Below, one piece after another: positions 50,070-60,353 of a DNA stretch of 64,000 bases. The translations under genes were made by a program, and so were the position numbers. The DNA is taken from NCBI GenBank assembly GCA_963755915.1, contig CAVWLP010000002.1, forward strand, positions 1,312,001-1,376,000, in the 5' to 3' direction. This stretch comes from an uncultured Phycisphaerales bacterium. Lineage in GTDB: Bacteria > Planctomycetota > Phycisphaerae > Tepidisphaerales > Tepidisphaeraceae. Below the pieces are notes generated by a model. It was given only the letters and a program-made list of their open reading frames with translations, did no database searches and was not told the DNA's origin. Numbering within the stretch: position 1 is the first letter of the stretch; each line of letters starts with the position of its first letter.

Positions 50070-50779
50070 GGGGGACCGCGAAGAACCATCCGCTTGCACT
50101 GCTCGAGCGGAAAATCGTGGCTTGCCGGCAGTGCCCTCGGCTGCGGAAGTATTGCGAAACAGTTGCCCGCGAAAAGCGGCGGGCGTTTTTGGATTGGACC
50201 TATTGGGGCAAGCCCGTGCCGGGGTTTGGGTATGCAGAGGCGCCGATCTGGATCGTGGGTTTGGCGCCGGCGGCGCATGGAGCGAATCGCACGGGACGTG
50301 TTTTCACGGGGGATCGTTCGAGCGATTTTTTATTTGCGGCGCTGTACCGCGCCGGTCTGGCGAATCAGCCGCTGTCGATTCGCGCGGGAGATGGTCTGGC
50401 GCTCCGCGGCGTTTTTATCAGTGCGGCAGTGCGATGCGCGCCGCCGGGGAACAAGCCGCTGCCGGATGAAGCGGCCAACTGCGCCGCCTTTCTGGATCGG
50501 GAGTGGGAGGCGCTGAAAAATGTCCGGTCGATTCTGGCGCTGGGGAAAATTGCCTGGGATGCGGTGCTGGCCATGGCGCGGAGGAATGGGTGTGAACTGC
50601 CGGACGCGCGGCCGGCGTTTGGCCATGGGGCGGAGCTGCGGCTGAGCGAAACCCGTTGGCTCATCGGGTCTTATCACGTTAGCCAGCAAAACACATTTAC
50701 CGGAAAGCTGACCCCCAAAATGTTCGATAATATCCTCAGGCAAACGGCCTTACGCTGCGGAATACCGCTTGTTTCTTGA
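50066..50779 (+). CDS. Uracil-DNA glycosylase family 5 (UdgB-like)
   Basis: CRQCPRL Fe-S motif, GLAPAAHGANRTGRVFTGD, RCAPPGNKP, YHVSQQNT. Confidence 0.92.
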   Translation: MRGTAKNHPLALLERKIVACRQCPRLRKYCETVAREKRRAFLDWTYWGKPVPGFGYAEAPIWIVGLAPAAHGANRTGRVFTGDRSSDFLFAALYRAGLANQPLSIRAGDGLALRGVFISAAVRCAPPGNKPLPDEAANCAAFLDREWEALKNVRSILALGKIAWDAVLAMARRNGCELPDARPAFGHGAELRLSETRWLIGSYHVSQQNTFTGKLTPKMFDNILRQTALRCGIPLVS

Positions 50780-50804
50780 CATTCACCGCAATTTACTCAA
50801 TACT
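50776..50804 (+). promoter_or_regulatory. Putative sigma70 promoter
   Basis: TTGACA, 17-nt spacer, AATACT, about 20 nt upstream of the riboswitch. Confidence 0.6.
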
Positions 50805-50825
50805 CTAAGGACAATTGAATAAGTG

Positions 50826-50937
50826 TTCTTATCGAGAGTGGTTGAGGGTTAGGGCCCGATGAAACCACAGCAAAAGTTTTAAGCTCCGGCTTGAAATGAG
50901 TGCTAACTCCCTCCTGGGAAACCGGGAAAGATAAGAA
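50826..50937 (+). ncRNA. SAM-I (S-box) riboswitch
   Basis: CTTATCGAGAGTGG..GAGGG..GGCCCGATGAAACC.CAGCAA..GTGCTAACTCC..GATAAG; P1 ttcttatc/gataagaa. Confidence 0.92.
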
Positions 50938-50994
50938 GAGCCTACACGTCCTTCGTCGCTGCCTCTTCTTATCGTTAGAAGAGGAAACAATCCC

Positions 50995-52275
50995 ATGAGC
51001 TACGTTGTTGGTTTGAAGTGTAAGGAATGCGGTCATCGGCGCCCGTCTCGGCGGTGCATGTGTGCGAGGCCTGTTTTGGACCGTATGAAGTTGAATATGA
51101 CTACGCCGCGATGAAGGGAAACGTGACGCGGCAATCTATCCTCGCCGGGCCTAGAAGCCTGTGGCGATATAAGGACCTGCTTCCCGTTTCCGAGCCGAAA
51201 AGCGGCTTCAACTCGGGATTCACACCGCTGCGAAAGGCGCAGCGCTTGGGCAAGGAGCTGGGGTGCGATGAACTTTGGATCAAAGATGATTCGTGCAACT
51301 ACCCGACCTATTCGTACAAGGAGCGCGTCGTTTCCGTCGCCATCTCCAAGGCGATTGAATTTGGCTTCGACACCGTGGGCTGCGCAAGCACCGGCAACCT
51401 TGCCAACAGCACGGCGGCTCATGCGGCCATTGCGGGACTTCGATGCTTTGTGATGATCCCGTTCGATCTGGAGCAGGGGAAGGTCCTCGGCAGTTTGATT
51501 TTCGGCCCGACAATGGTGCGCATCCGCGGGACGTACGATGACGTCAATCGGCTCTGTACGGAGATTGCCGACAAGTATGGCTGGGCAATTGTGAACGTGA
51601 ATCTACGGCCCTATTACACTGAAGGAGCCAAGACGTACGGGTTCGAAATCGCCGAGCAGCTTGGATGGCGGCTGCCGCAGCACACGATTGTTCCCACGGC
51701 GGGGGGGACGATTTTGCCGAAGGTTTACAAGGCCTATCGCGAATTTATCGAGCTGGGAATCGTCGAGGACAATCAACCGAAGATTTATTCGGCCCAGGCG
51801 GCGGGTTGTAATCCCGTCGTCAAGGCGATTCACAAGGGGATCGATATCATCGAGCCGCAGAAGCCCAACACAATGGCCAAGAGCATCGCAATCGGCAACC
51901 CTGCGGATGGATATTACGTCTGGCATGCCGTCAAGGATTCCGGCGGGTGGGGCGAAAGCGCTTCGGATCGGGAAATCGTCGACGCAATCAAGCTGCTGGC
52001 CAAGACCGAAGGAATCTGGACGGAGCCCGCCGGCGGAACGACCCTTGCCGTGACGATGAAACTGATCGCAGCAGGGGCGGATTCCGAAAAACGAATCGAT
52101 TTGCGTGAGCATTACCGGCAATGGTCTGAAAACCCTGGAAGCGGTGCAGGGCGATTTGGTTTATCCCGAAGTAATCGAGGCGAAACTGTCGGAATTCGAC
52201 GCGCTTCTGGATCGCCAGAAGGCCGCCGCCAAGCCACAGCCCCGTCCACAGCATTCTGAAGTTTCAGTGGTATAA
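50995..52275 (+). CDS. thrC: Threonine-synthase-like PLP enzyme, frameshifts near 51040 and 52077
   Basis: CKEC..CEAC Zn finger, SLWRY, PTYSYKER, CASTGNLA, EGAKT, IAIGNPADG, EPAGG, ITGNGLK. Confidence 0.85.
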
Positions 52276-52292
52276 TCCGATAAAGGAAAAAG

Positions 52293-52568
52293 ATGAGCAT
52301 CAAAGTAAGAATTCCCTCTCCTCTGCGAAATTACACCCAGGGCGCCGATGTCGTGGAAACCGAAGGCGCGAACATCGGCGAGGTTCTCAATGGCTTGAAA
52401 GCCAAGGCCGCGGGCATCGAAACCCGGCTGTTTAAGGGGCCGAATCAGCTCAACCGGTTCGTGAACATCTATCTCAATGAAGAGGATATTCGCTTTTTGA
52501 AGAACCTGGAGACACCCGTGAAGCCGGGGGACGAAGTGAGCATCGTGCCGGCGATTGCAGGGGGCTGA
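52293..52568 (+). CDS. MoaD/ThiS/CysO-like sulfur carrier
   Basis: Beta-grasp FVNIYLNEEDIR; C-terminal PAIAGG. Confidence 0.93.
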   Translation: MSIKVRIPSPLRNYTQGADVVETEGANIGEVLNGLKAKAAGIETRLFKGPNQLNRFVNIYLNEEDIRFLKNLETPVKPGDEVSIVPAIAGG

Positions 52569-52831
52569 TGATGAACAAGGCTGCATTCTCACGCCGCTGC
52601 TGGTTTACCTTCCCCACCCGAAGCGAGGTGGAGCAGCCGATCATCTGGCAGATGAGCCGAAAATTCCCGGAGGTGATTTTCGATATCCGCCAGGCGAGCG
52701 TGCAGAACGAAATCGGGATCATGGCGGTGCTGCTCACGGGGCCGGAGAACGACGTGAAGACGGCGATCGAGTTCGTCCGTTCAAAAGGGGTTACAGTTGA
52801 GCCGATCGAAAAGAGCGTCGTTGAGGGGTAG
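52568..52831 (+). CDS. Stand-alone NIL domain protein
   Basis: FTFP..EQPIIWQMSRKF..FDIRQASV..GIMAVLL.G..GVTVEPIE. Confidence 0.75.
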   Translation: MMNKAAFSRRCWFTFPTRSEVEQPIIWQMSRKFPEVIFDIRQASVQNEIGIMAVLLTGPENDVKTAIEFVRSKGVTVEPIEKSVVEG

Positions 52832-52967
52832 CCGTCTGGACGAAGTTCGCGGGGGAGCGATTCGCGTCCGAAATCCGCATTTATACTTTTGCTGTTTATT
52901 TAACAATTCAAACTATTTTTTACGCGGGCTCTTTCGCTCGCACTTACAGAAAGACAATATTTAACTA

Positions 52968-55241
52968 ATGTCCGAAAACTTACATTCACAGATACTTTCA
53001 CATTTGAAATCCGAAACCTATCGCCCGCAGAAGGAGCGGCGACTGGCGCGCGAGCTGAACCTCGAGCGGGATGAGACTTATCCTGCATTTCGCGAAGCCA
53101 TTCGCGAGCTTCGACACGCCGGGCGAATCGTCTTCGGCGCCGGCGGATGCGTCATGCTTCCGACGCAGAACCTGGTTCCCGAGGGAATCGTCGGCACTTA
53201 CCGGCAGAACCCGCGCGGGTTCGGGTTTGTCATGCCCAGCGATCCCGATGGCCATGAAGACCTCTTCATCGCCGAGGGCGAAAACGGCGGCGCCATCACC
53301 GGCGACGTCGTCCGGGCGCAAATCACCAACCGCCAGCAGCGCGAAGGGAAGGTGATGTATCGCGGCCGCGTGATCGAGATCATCACCCGCTCGCAGAAGC
53401 GATTCGTGGGCACGCTGGCCCGCCAGCACGGGAAATGGCTCGTCCTTCCCGACGGCAACGTGCTCACGGCGCCGATTCTTACGCCTGACGCCGCGGCGCG
53501 GCATATCAAGCTGGGGACCAAGGTCGTCGTCGAACTCACCGCCTATCCCGTCGACGGCGTCGGCGCCGCGGGCGTTATCACCCGCGTGCTCGGTGAGGCC
53601 GGCGAGAAAGACGTCGATCTTCGCTCCGTCATCGTGCAGTTCAATCTTCCGGAGGAGTTTCCGGATGCCTGCCTCGATCAGGCGCGCCAGGCGGTTGATC
53701 GGTTTAATGTCAGCCGGCAATGGCCGGATCGACTGGATCTTTCTGATCGCATGATCTGCACCATCGATCCGGACGACGCGAAGGACTATGACGACGCGAT
53801 CAGCCTCCGGAAGCTCGACAACGGGCAGTGGGAGCTGGGGGTACACATTGCCGATGTTTCGCACTTCGTTCAGGATGGCTCGCCGCTGGATGTTGAAGCA
53901 AAGGAGCGGGGAAATAGCTGCTATTTCCCGGGCTTCGTGATTCCGATGCTTCCGGAGATTCTCTCCAACGGCGTCTGCAGCTTGCAGGAGGGCGTCCCGA
54001 GGTTGTGCAAGAGCGCGTTCATTACGTTCGACGACAGCGCACAGCCGATTCGGGCGAGTTTTGCGAATACTGTGATCCGCAGCGCGAATCGGCTGCGATA
54101 TCGCGAAGCGCAGGCGATCATCGACCACGCGGATATGGTTCCCCATCCGGAGGGCCCGAGGAAAATTGACGCGTACAATCCGGAGGTTGTCGAACTGCTG
54201 CACCAGATGAACGCGCTCGCGAAGCGGATTCAGAAGCGGCGACATGCGGCGGGGCAGATCGTGCTTGAACTGCCGGAGGTGGAGCTGGTGCTGGATGACA
54301 GCGGCAAAGTCGTTGACGCCAAGCCGGAGGATCAGAGCTTCACGCATACGCTGATTGAGATGTTCATGGTCGAGGCGAATGAGGCGGTTGCGCGGGCGCT
54401 GGATTCGACGCATACGCCGTTTCTCAGGCGAATTCACCCGACCCCCGAGCCGGAAAGCGGGGAGCGGCTGAAGCATTTCGTGGAGGTCGCGGGGTTCAGG
54501 CTTCCCAAGGACCTGGACCGCAAGGCGATTCAAAGTCTGCTGGCATCCGTGCGCGGCAAGCCGCAATCGTTCACCATCAACCTCGCGGTTCTCAAGAGCC
54601 TCACCCGGGCGGAATATTCGCCCAAGGTGGTCGGGCATTACGCGCTGGCGAGCGAGCATTATTGTCACTTTACGAGCCCGATCCGCCGGTATGCGGATTT
54701 GACGATTCATCGATTGCTCGATCAATTTATCGCGGCTGGGGCAAAGGGGGGGCGGCGCTTGAAGCTGGATGGGGCGCCCTCGGAGCAGAACCTTGTCGAT
54801 CTTGGCAAGCAGCTCAGCTTTACCGAAAGGCGGGCAGATGATGCCGAGCGGGAATTACGTAAAGTCAAGCTCCTGGAGCTGCTGCAAGGCCACGTCGGTG
54901 AAGATTTCGACGGCGTGGTGACGGGCATCGCCAACTTCGGCATCTTCGTGCAGCTCAGTACCTGGCTGATCGACGGATTGATTCGCTATGAAGACCTGCT
55001 GGATGACTGGTGGGATGTCGACGAGCGCAGCGGCGTGATCCGCGGCCAGCGGACCGGGCGGCGAATCAAGATCGGCGATACCGCGAAGGTGCGGATCGTG
55101 CGGGTGGATCCGCCGAGGCGGGAATTGAGTTTGGCGATTGCCGAGCTTCAGTCGCGGCCGGAGAAGAAGGGGCAACAGGAACCGAAGAAGAAACAGCACC
55201 GGAAGGGGAAATCTTTGCCGCGGCGGCATAAGAGGAGGTAG
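52968..55241 (+). CDS. rnr: Ribonuclease R
   Basis: GFGFV CSD, TIDPDDAKDYDDA, HIADVS, HFTSPIRRYADL, S1 domain, basic tail. Confidence 0.96.
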   Translation: MSENLHSQILSHLKSETYRPQKERRLARELNLERDETYPAFREAIRELRHAGRIVFGAGGCVMLPTQNLVPEGIVGTYRQNPRGFGFVMPSDPDGHEDLFIAEGENGGAITGDVVRAQITNRQQREGKVMYRGRVIEIITRSQKRFVGTLARQHGKWLVLPDGNVLTAPILTPDAAARHIKLGTKVVVELTAYPVDGVGAAGVITRVLGEAGEKDVDLRSVIVQFNLPEEFPDACLDQARQAVDRFNVSRQWPDRLDLSDRMICTIDPDDAKDYDDAISLRKLDNGQWELGVHIADVSHFVQDGSPLDVEAKERGNSCYFPGFVIPMLPEILSNGVCSLQEGVPRLCKSAFITFDDSAQPIRASFANTVIRSANRLRYREAQAIIDHADMVPHPEGPRKIDAYNPEVVELLHQMNALAKRIQKRRHAAGQIVLELPEVELVLDDSGKVVDAKPEDQSFTHTLIEMFMVEANEAVARALDSTHTPFLRRIHPTPEPESGERLKHFVEVAGFRLPKDLDRKAIQSLLASVRGKPQSFTINLAVLKSLTRAEYSPKVVGHYALASEHYCHFTSPIRRYADLTIHRLLDQFIAAGAKGGRRLKLDGAPSEQNLVDLGKQLSFTERRADDAERELRKVKLLELLQGHVGEDFDGVVTGIANFGIFVQLSTWLIDGLIRYEDLLDDWWDVDERSGVIRGQRTGRRIKIGDTAKVRIVRVDPPRRELSLAIAELQSRPEKKGQQEPKKKQHRKGKSLPRRHKRR

Positions 55242-55596
55242 GCGGGGATAACGAATTTTGGGTTCGGGGCATTGAATACAAAACTTTACAGTCGGTAGTC
55301 TTTCCTGTTCCAAGATTTCAAGAGCTGCGACCGACGCGTTGGAGCTCAACGCCGACCCCAAAGCTGGATACGAAAAAGCTCCTTTGGTGGGCCAACCAAG
55401 ATTACCGGTTTGCGGTTCACGCGGCTGCATTTGCGACAGTTTTTTGGCGTCGCTCGCGCCTAACTAATGGCAAATGCGGGGATAATGCAGATATGGCGCA
55501 CCCTTGCCTTAGTCGGTTATCGCGTGATTTTAGCTCAGATTTTTTGACTCCCAGGCGCTGCGCATTTAAGCTCCCCAAACGCATTCGGGAGGGCCA

Positions 55597-56706
55597 GTGG
55601 GAAGTTTCCGCCTAATCGTTTGGGTAGCACTCTTCTCGATTGCTTTGTTTATTGGAGGCGCCATTGCGGCTCCGCTCTATTCGATAACGGATTTGGGCAG
55701 CCTCGCTGGGGAGGGAGGCGCTGCGTCGGGGATCAACGAGACTGGTCAGATTGTCGGGTACTCCTACGCTTCCGTCGGCAACGGGAATTACGCAGCGCAC
55801 GCCGTCCGTTACCAGAATGGTGTCGTCACCGATTTGGGCACCCTGGGCGGCTATAGCGATGCGGATGCGATCAACGACAATGGTGAAATCGTCGGCAGCT
55901 CCTCCACGAATACAGTCGACTCACCGTTTTACGCCTTCTCCTACCAGAATGGCAGCATGAACAACTTGGGGACCCTCGGCGGCGGCGGCAGCAACGCCTA
56001 CGGCATTAACGACAATGGCCAGATCGCGGGTAATTCCGGCACCGCGGCTGGTCCTGTTCACGCCTTCCTTTATCAAAACGGGACCATGAAAGACTTGGGT
56101 ACGTTTGGTGGCCTAAACAGCGATGCCCATGCCATCAACGCCAGCGGTGAAATTGTTGGCGACTCCCAGAATTCCCTGAATGTGGATTATGCCTTCCTGT
56201 ATCAAAACGGAAGCATGATGAATCTCGGCCTGCCGGCCAACGCGATCCAATCCTCTGCCAATGCGATCAACAACAACGGCCAAATCGCTGGCTATGCCCA
56301 ATATCCCAGTACAACTTCCAGTTTTCTCGAGCACGCGGCCCTATACGACAACGGAACCTGGACCGACTTGGGCGTTCTCCCCGGCGCTACTACGAGCGAC
56401 GGATTTGGAATCAATGATGATCTCACCATCGTCGGTGATTCTTACTGTACATCAGGCCCTCGCGCGTTCGTCTACAGCAGCGGAACAATGTACGACCTGA
56501 ACACGCTGATCCCCGCGAACAGCGGCTGGACGCTCAAGGACGCATTCGCCATCAATGACTCCGGATGGATCGTCGGGGACGGAATCAACCCCGAGGGAAT
56601 CGACGAGCCATACCTATTGACCCCCGTACCCGAACCGGCCACGATTTCACTTCTACTAATCACTGGGGTCGGCACCCTGATTCGCCGCCCAAAGCAATTG
56701 GCGTGA
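55597..56706 (+). CDS. HAF-repeat beta-propeller with PEP-CTERM sorting signal
   Basis: Repeated DLGTLGG..AINxxGQIVG..HAFLY; C-terminal VPEPATISLLL..RR. Confidence 0.92.
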   Translation: MGSFRLIVWVALFSIALFIGGAIAAPLYSITDLGSLAGEGGAASGINETGQIVGYSYASVGNGNYAAHAVRYQNGVVTDLGTLGGYSDADAINDNGEIVGSSSTNTVDSPFYAFSYQNGSMNNLGTLGGGGSNAYGINDNGQIAGNSGTAAGPVHAFLYQNGTMKDLGTFGGLNSDAHAINASGEIVGDSQNSLNVDYAFLYQNGSMMNLGLPANAIQSSANAINNNGQIAGYAQYPSTTSSFLEHAALYDNGTWTDLGVLPGATTSDGFGINDDLTIVGDSYCTSGPRAFVYSSGTMYDLNTLIPANSGWTLKDAFAINDSGWIVGDGINPEGIDEPYLLTPVPEPATISLLLITGVGTLIRRPKQLA

Positions 56707-56867
56707 TGCTTCGCGGTTTCAGGTTCAATGCCCGCGCCGGAATCGCGCTTCTAAACAAATCTTAACCGTTTGCGCAGGCGCGATCTGGCCAGGCCACCGT
56801 TCTTAACGTCTCACTCTCTTAAATTCGCGCCCAAGCGGCCACATGTGACCGGAGAATTCTTTTCAGA

Positions 56868-56907
56868 CCCTCACCCTAACCCTCTCCCAGAGTACTGGGA
56901 GACGGGA
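56868..56907. repeat. Palindromic CCCTCACCCTAACCCTCTCCC element
   Basis: ccctcaccctaaccctctcccagagtactgggag. Confidence 0.8.
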
Positions 56908-56994
56908 AATACGGCGGTAATGGATTTTCGGCCCCGGCGCGTATTCCAAGTAAAGCCCACCCCCCATTTGGTCCGATAATCACCCAATAGACCC

Positions 56995-58973
56995 ATGCAC
57001 GAAGAACTCGTAGAAGTCCTGGTATCGAGTAAAAACGAGGCGGCGGATGACCTCCTCGTCGAAGGCCTCCGCCTCGGCGCGGAGCCGGAGCAATCTGTCA
57101 TTCTCAACGCCATACTCCAGCGGAAATCGATTCGCTCGCTTTCGGGGGTCGTAGAGCAATACGAGACGCTTTCGCCTCGGCTTCAGCATTCGATCCTGGC
57201 GAATATCAAAACGCTGCATCATGCCTTGCGGGAATGCGGCCGGAGCGATCGGATGGAGTTGCGGCAGGCGGCCATGCGGCTGATCGCCCTCAGCCGGGAG
57301 TGCAAGCTGGCGTATGTCATTACCGAAAACCTGCACGACACGGATGAAGCGCTAAGCAAATCGGCAGCCGAGGCGATCGTGGCGCTGGCCCGGTGGGTTT
57401 CGACGAGCACCCGGCTGCTCCAGCGCAAATATAGGCCGCCGGCGGATGCATTTTCTGAGCCGCAGGCCGACGTCACGCAGGCGCCTTCGACCGCCAACAG
57501 CCTTGAAGAGCCGCCGGAAGATTTTCAGGCGTTGTATCAGACTCTCATGGAGCAGCGGCCGGAGATTGAGACCGTCGTTGCCCGGGCGATCGACGTTCAC
57601 CGCGGGCGGCATGGGCAGGACCTGCTTCGCGCCGCGCTGCTCCTGTGCGACTGGCCCGGCAGCAAGACGCTGGCCATTCTGCAAACGACCAAGCATGGGG
57701 GGCAGAGCGCGATGGTTCGGCGCCTCCAGCAGCCGCCGGAGGCGGAGCATATTGAAGCGTTTCTGCTGGGGGCGACGCATGGGCAGCTTCGGCTTCATTT
57801 CGGGTCGGTGTTTTCGCATATTGAAGAGCCGACGGTTCTTGACGCCATTTTGCGGAAGACGCACTGGCTGAAGGATCATCAGCTACAACTCTGCATGCAC
57901 CAGGTGAATCGGGGGGTCTGGTGGCAGGAGGGGGAGCTGCTTAGGGACGCGAGCCGGCGCGAGCCGAAGGAGGCGGCCAGGATCGGGGATTGGGTGGCAA
58001 GCTCGGGGATGCACGATCTGATGCAGGACGAGCGGCTGACGTTTCTGGCGCAGCATGGGCGCACGATCTGGACGCGCGGCTGCGGCTGCTTAGCGTCGCG
58101 ATGCGGCGAAAGAAATGCGAGAGCGTGCAGTTTCTCCGGTTCATGCTGGCGGACGCGGATGAGCGATTGGTGCGGATGGCGGCACGGGAAATTGTCCGGC
58201 GCAGGCCGCCCGATTTTGAGAATATGCTGCTGCAACTAATGACCAATGCTCCGCTGTCGGTGCGGCGGGTGGTGAGCCGCTCGATCGGGCATGCGGGGTT
58301 TGAGCAATATTGGGACCGCTTCGATCATCTGGATCGTCCGACGCGAAAGCAGGCGGGAAAGGCGATGCTGAAGCTGATGCCGGATTCGCCGCAGCGGCTC
58401 GCGCGGCGACTGGCTTCGGGGCCGATAGAGCAGCGGCTCAAGGCCCTGCAGATCACGCAGGAGCTGGGGCTTGTGGAACCGCTTCGCGAGCAGGTGATGG
58501 CGCTGGCCAACCACGCCCACCCGAAGGTGCGCAGCAAGGCGGTGATGGTTTTGGGCGAAACGCCAGGGGCTTCGGTGGAATTGCTGATGGAGAGGATCGT
58601 TCGCGACACCGATTCGCGGGTGCGGGCGAATGCGATCGAGGTGCTGGAGAATCACCAGACGCCGGAATTTATCGCGCTGCTGGCGGAGCGATCGCGGACG
58701 ACCAACAACCGGGAGCGGGCCAATGCGATTAAGGCGCTGCACCGGATGCGCGTGGGGAACGTGGGGCCGGCGCTGATGCTCATGCTCCAGGACCAGCGGC
58801 CGGAGCATCGAATCTCGGCCATGTGGGCATTGAAGCAAATCGGGTGGTGGAAGCTGCTGCACGAGGTGGGGCGGATCGCCAAGGTCGATCCGAATCTGCG
58901 CGTGCGGCGGTATGCGGTTACCGTGCTGAAGGGCGTGGCCGAACTGGTTCAAACCCAGAAGGGAGTGGGCTGA
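56995..58973 (+). CDS. HEAT-repeat protein, frameshift near 58060
   Basis: DADERLVRMAA, DSRVRANAIEVL, NRERANAIKAL, PEHRISAMWAL repeats. Confidence 0.85.
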
Positions 58974-59410
58974 TGATTCACCTGGTCACACTTTGCACGT
59001 TGCCGCTGGCGAACCCTACTCAGGAAGAGGTTTTTCAGAGCATCAACAACCAGATGACGACGCCGGTCGATCTGAGCAAGGCCGTTCCCTACCTGCTGGT
59101 GGCCATCGCGACTGCGATCATGGTGGGGTTGTATAACTATCATCGAAAGCGCCGGGCGAATCCGGGGCGATTGAACAACCCGGCGAAGCTTTCCCGCGAG
59201 ATCTGCCGGCGCGTCAGCTTGCGGTCGGCGGAGCTGAAGCAACTCAAACTGCTGGCTGATGAGCAGGAAGTGGAATATCCGTTCACGCTGATTTTGTGTC
59301 CGTCGCTACTGGGCAAGGCGATTCGCTCGCAAAGCCCGCGCGTGGATCGGGCGGTGGTGCGGGCGATTGTGGAGAAGCTGAAGCAGAGCCTGGCGGAGCG
59401 GGGGCAATAA
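58973..59410 (+). CDS. Hypothetical membrane protein
   Basis: One TM followed by RKRR; TGATG overlap with the HEAT gene. Confidence 0.65.
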   Translation: MIHLVTLCTLPLANPTQEEVFQSINNQMTTPVDLSKAVPYLLVAIATAIMVGLYNYHRKRRANPGRLNNPAKLSREICRRVSLRSAELKQLKLLADEQEVEYPFTLILCPSLLGKAIRSQSPRVDRAVVRAIVEKLKQSLAERGQ

Positions 59411-59470
59411 GTAGAAGCGGCGTCCTCGCCGCTTGCACGTCTGACTAAAGCGGCGGGACGCCGCTTCTAC
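59411..59470. repeat. GTAG-type REP pair in inverted orientation
   Basis: gtagaagcggcgtcctcgccgctt ... aagcggcgggacgccgcttctac. Confidence 0.85.
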
Positions 59471-59483
59471 TATAATCCCCGCG

Positions 59484-60353
59484 ATGGCTGGAAAGATTAT
59501 TGACGGGGCCGCCCTTGCGGAGCAGATCAAGCGCGACGTCCGCGGCCGGGCTTCTGAGCTGGCGGCGGCCGGGCGCAGGCCGGCGCTGGTGGCGATTCTG
59601 ATTGGCTCTTCGCCGGCGGGGGAGCTTTATGCGAGCCGGCAGGCGCAGGCGTGCGAAAACGTGGGGATCGGCTATCGCCTCCATAAATTAGCCGCCGAGA
59701 CGACGCAGAAAACCGCCGAGGAGGCGATCAGATCGCTCAGCGCGGATCCGTCCGTCACCGGGATCATGCTTCATCTGCCCGTGCCGGGGCATCTGAATGC
59801 GACGGATCTTCAATACAAGATCGATCCGGTGAAGGACGTGGAGGGGGTAAACCCGGCAAACATTGGGTACGTCGTTTATGGGCACACGCTGATCGCCCCA
59901 TGCACAGCGCAGGCCGTGCTGGAATTGATCGACGCGACCGGGGCGGAGCTTCGCGGGACCGAGGCGGTGGTTGTGGGGGCGAGCGAAATTGCGGGCAAGC
60001 CGATCGCGCTGCTGCTGACGCAGCGATTGGCGACGGTGACCTTGTGCCATATCGCAACGCGCGATCTGAAATCGCACACCCGGCGCGCGGATATCCTGGT
60101 CGTCGCGGCGGGGAAGGCGGGGCTCATTGGCGCGGACCACGTGAAAGAAGGGGCGATTGTAATTGACGTGGGAATCAACCGGATTGCGGCCGCGGATGGA
60201 AGCAAGAAAACGGTGGGGGATGTGGATTTTGAGGCGGTCAGTCCGAAGGTTTCGCACATTACGCCGGTGCCCGGGGGCGTGGGGCCGATGACTGTGGCGA
60301 TGCTGCTGAAGAATACGATTCGGAGTTCGAATCTTGCCGATTCGATTTCATGA
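59484..60353 (+). CDS. folD: Methylenetetrahydrofolate dehydrogenase/cyclohydrolase
   Basis: IIDG, KDVEG, PCT, VIDVGINR, GDVDF, ITPVPGGVGPMTVAML. Confidence 0.93.
   Translation: MAGKIIDGAALAEQIKRDVRGRASELAAAGRRPALVAILIGSSPAGELYASRQAQACENVGIGYRLHKLAAETTQKTAEEAIRSLSADPSVTGIMLHLPVPGHLNATDLQYKIDPVKDVEGVNPANIGYVVYGHTLIAPCTAQAVLELIDATGAELRGTEAVVVGASEIAGKPIALLLTQRLATVTLCHIATRDLKSHTRRADILVVAAGKAGLIGADHVKEGAIVIDVGINRIAAADGSKKTVGDVDFEAVSPKVSHITPVPGGVGPMTVAMLLKNTIRSSNLADSIS

Noticed and set aside
52998-54725. 575-aa antisense ORF over rnr, and similar shadow ORFs elsewhere
   Set aside because: Stop-poor antisense frames of high-GC genes with no recognisable motifs
55260-55430. ERLPTVKFCIQC on the minus strand as a DksA/TraR zinc-finger remnant
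   Set aside because: Only one CxxC and no convincing gene context
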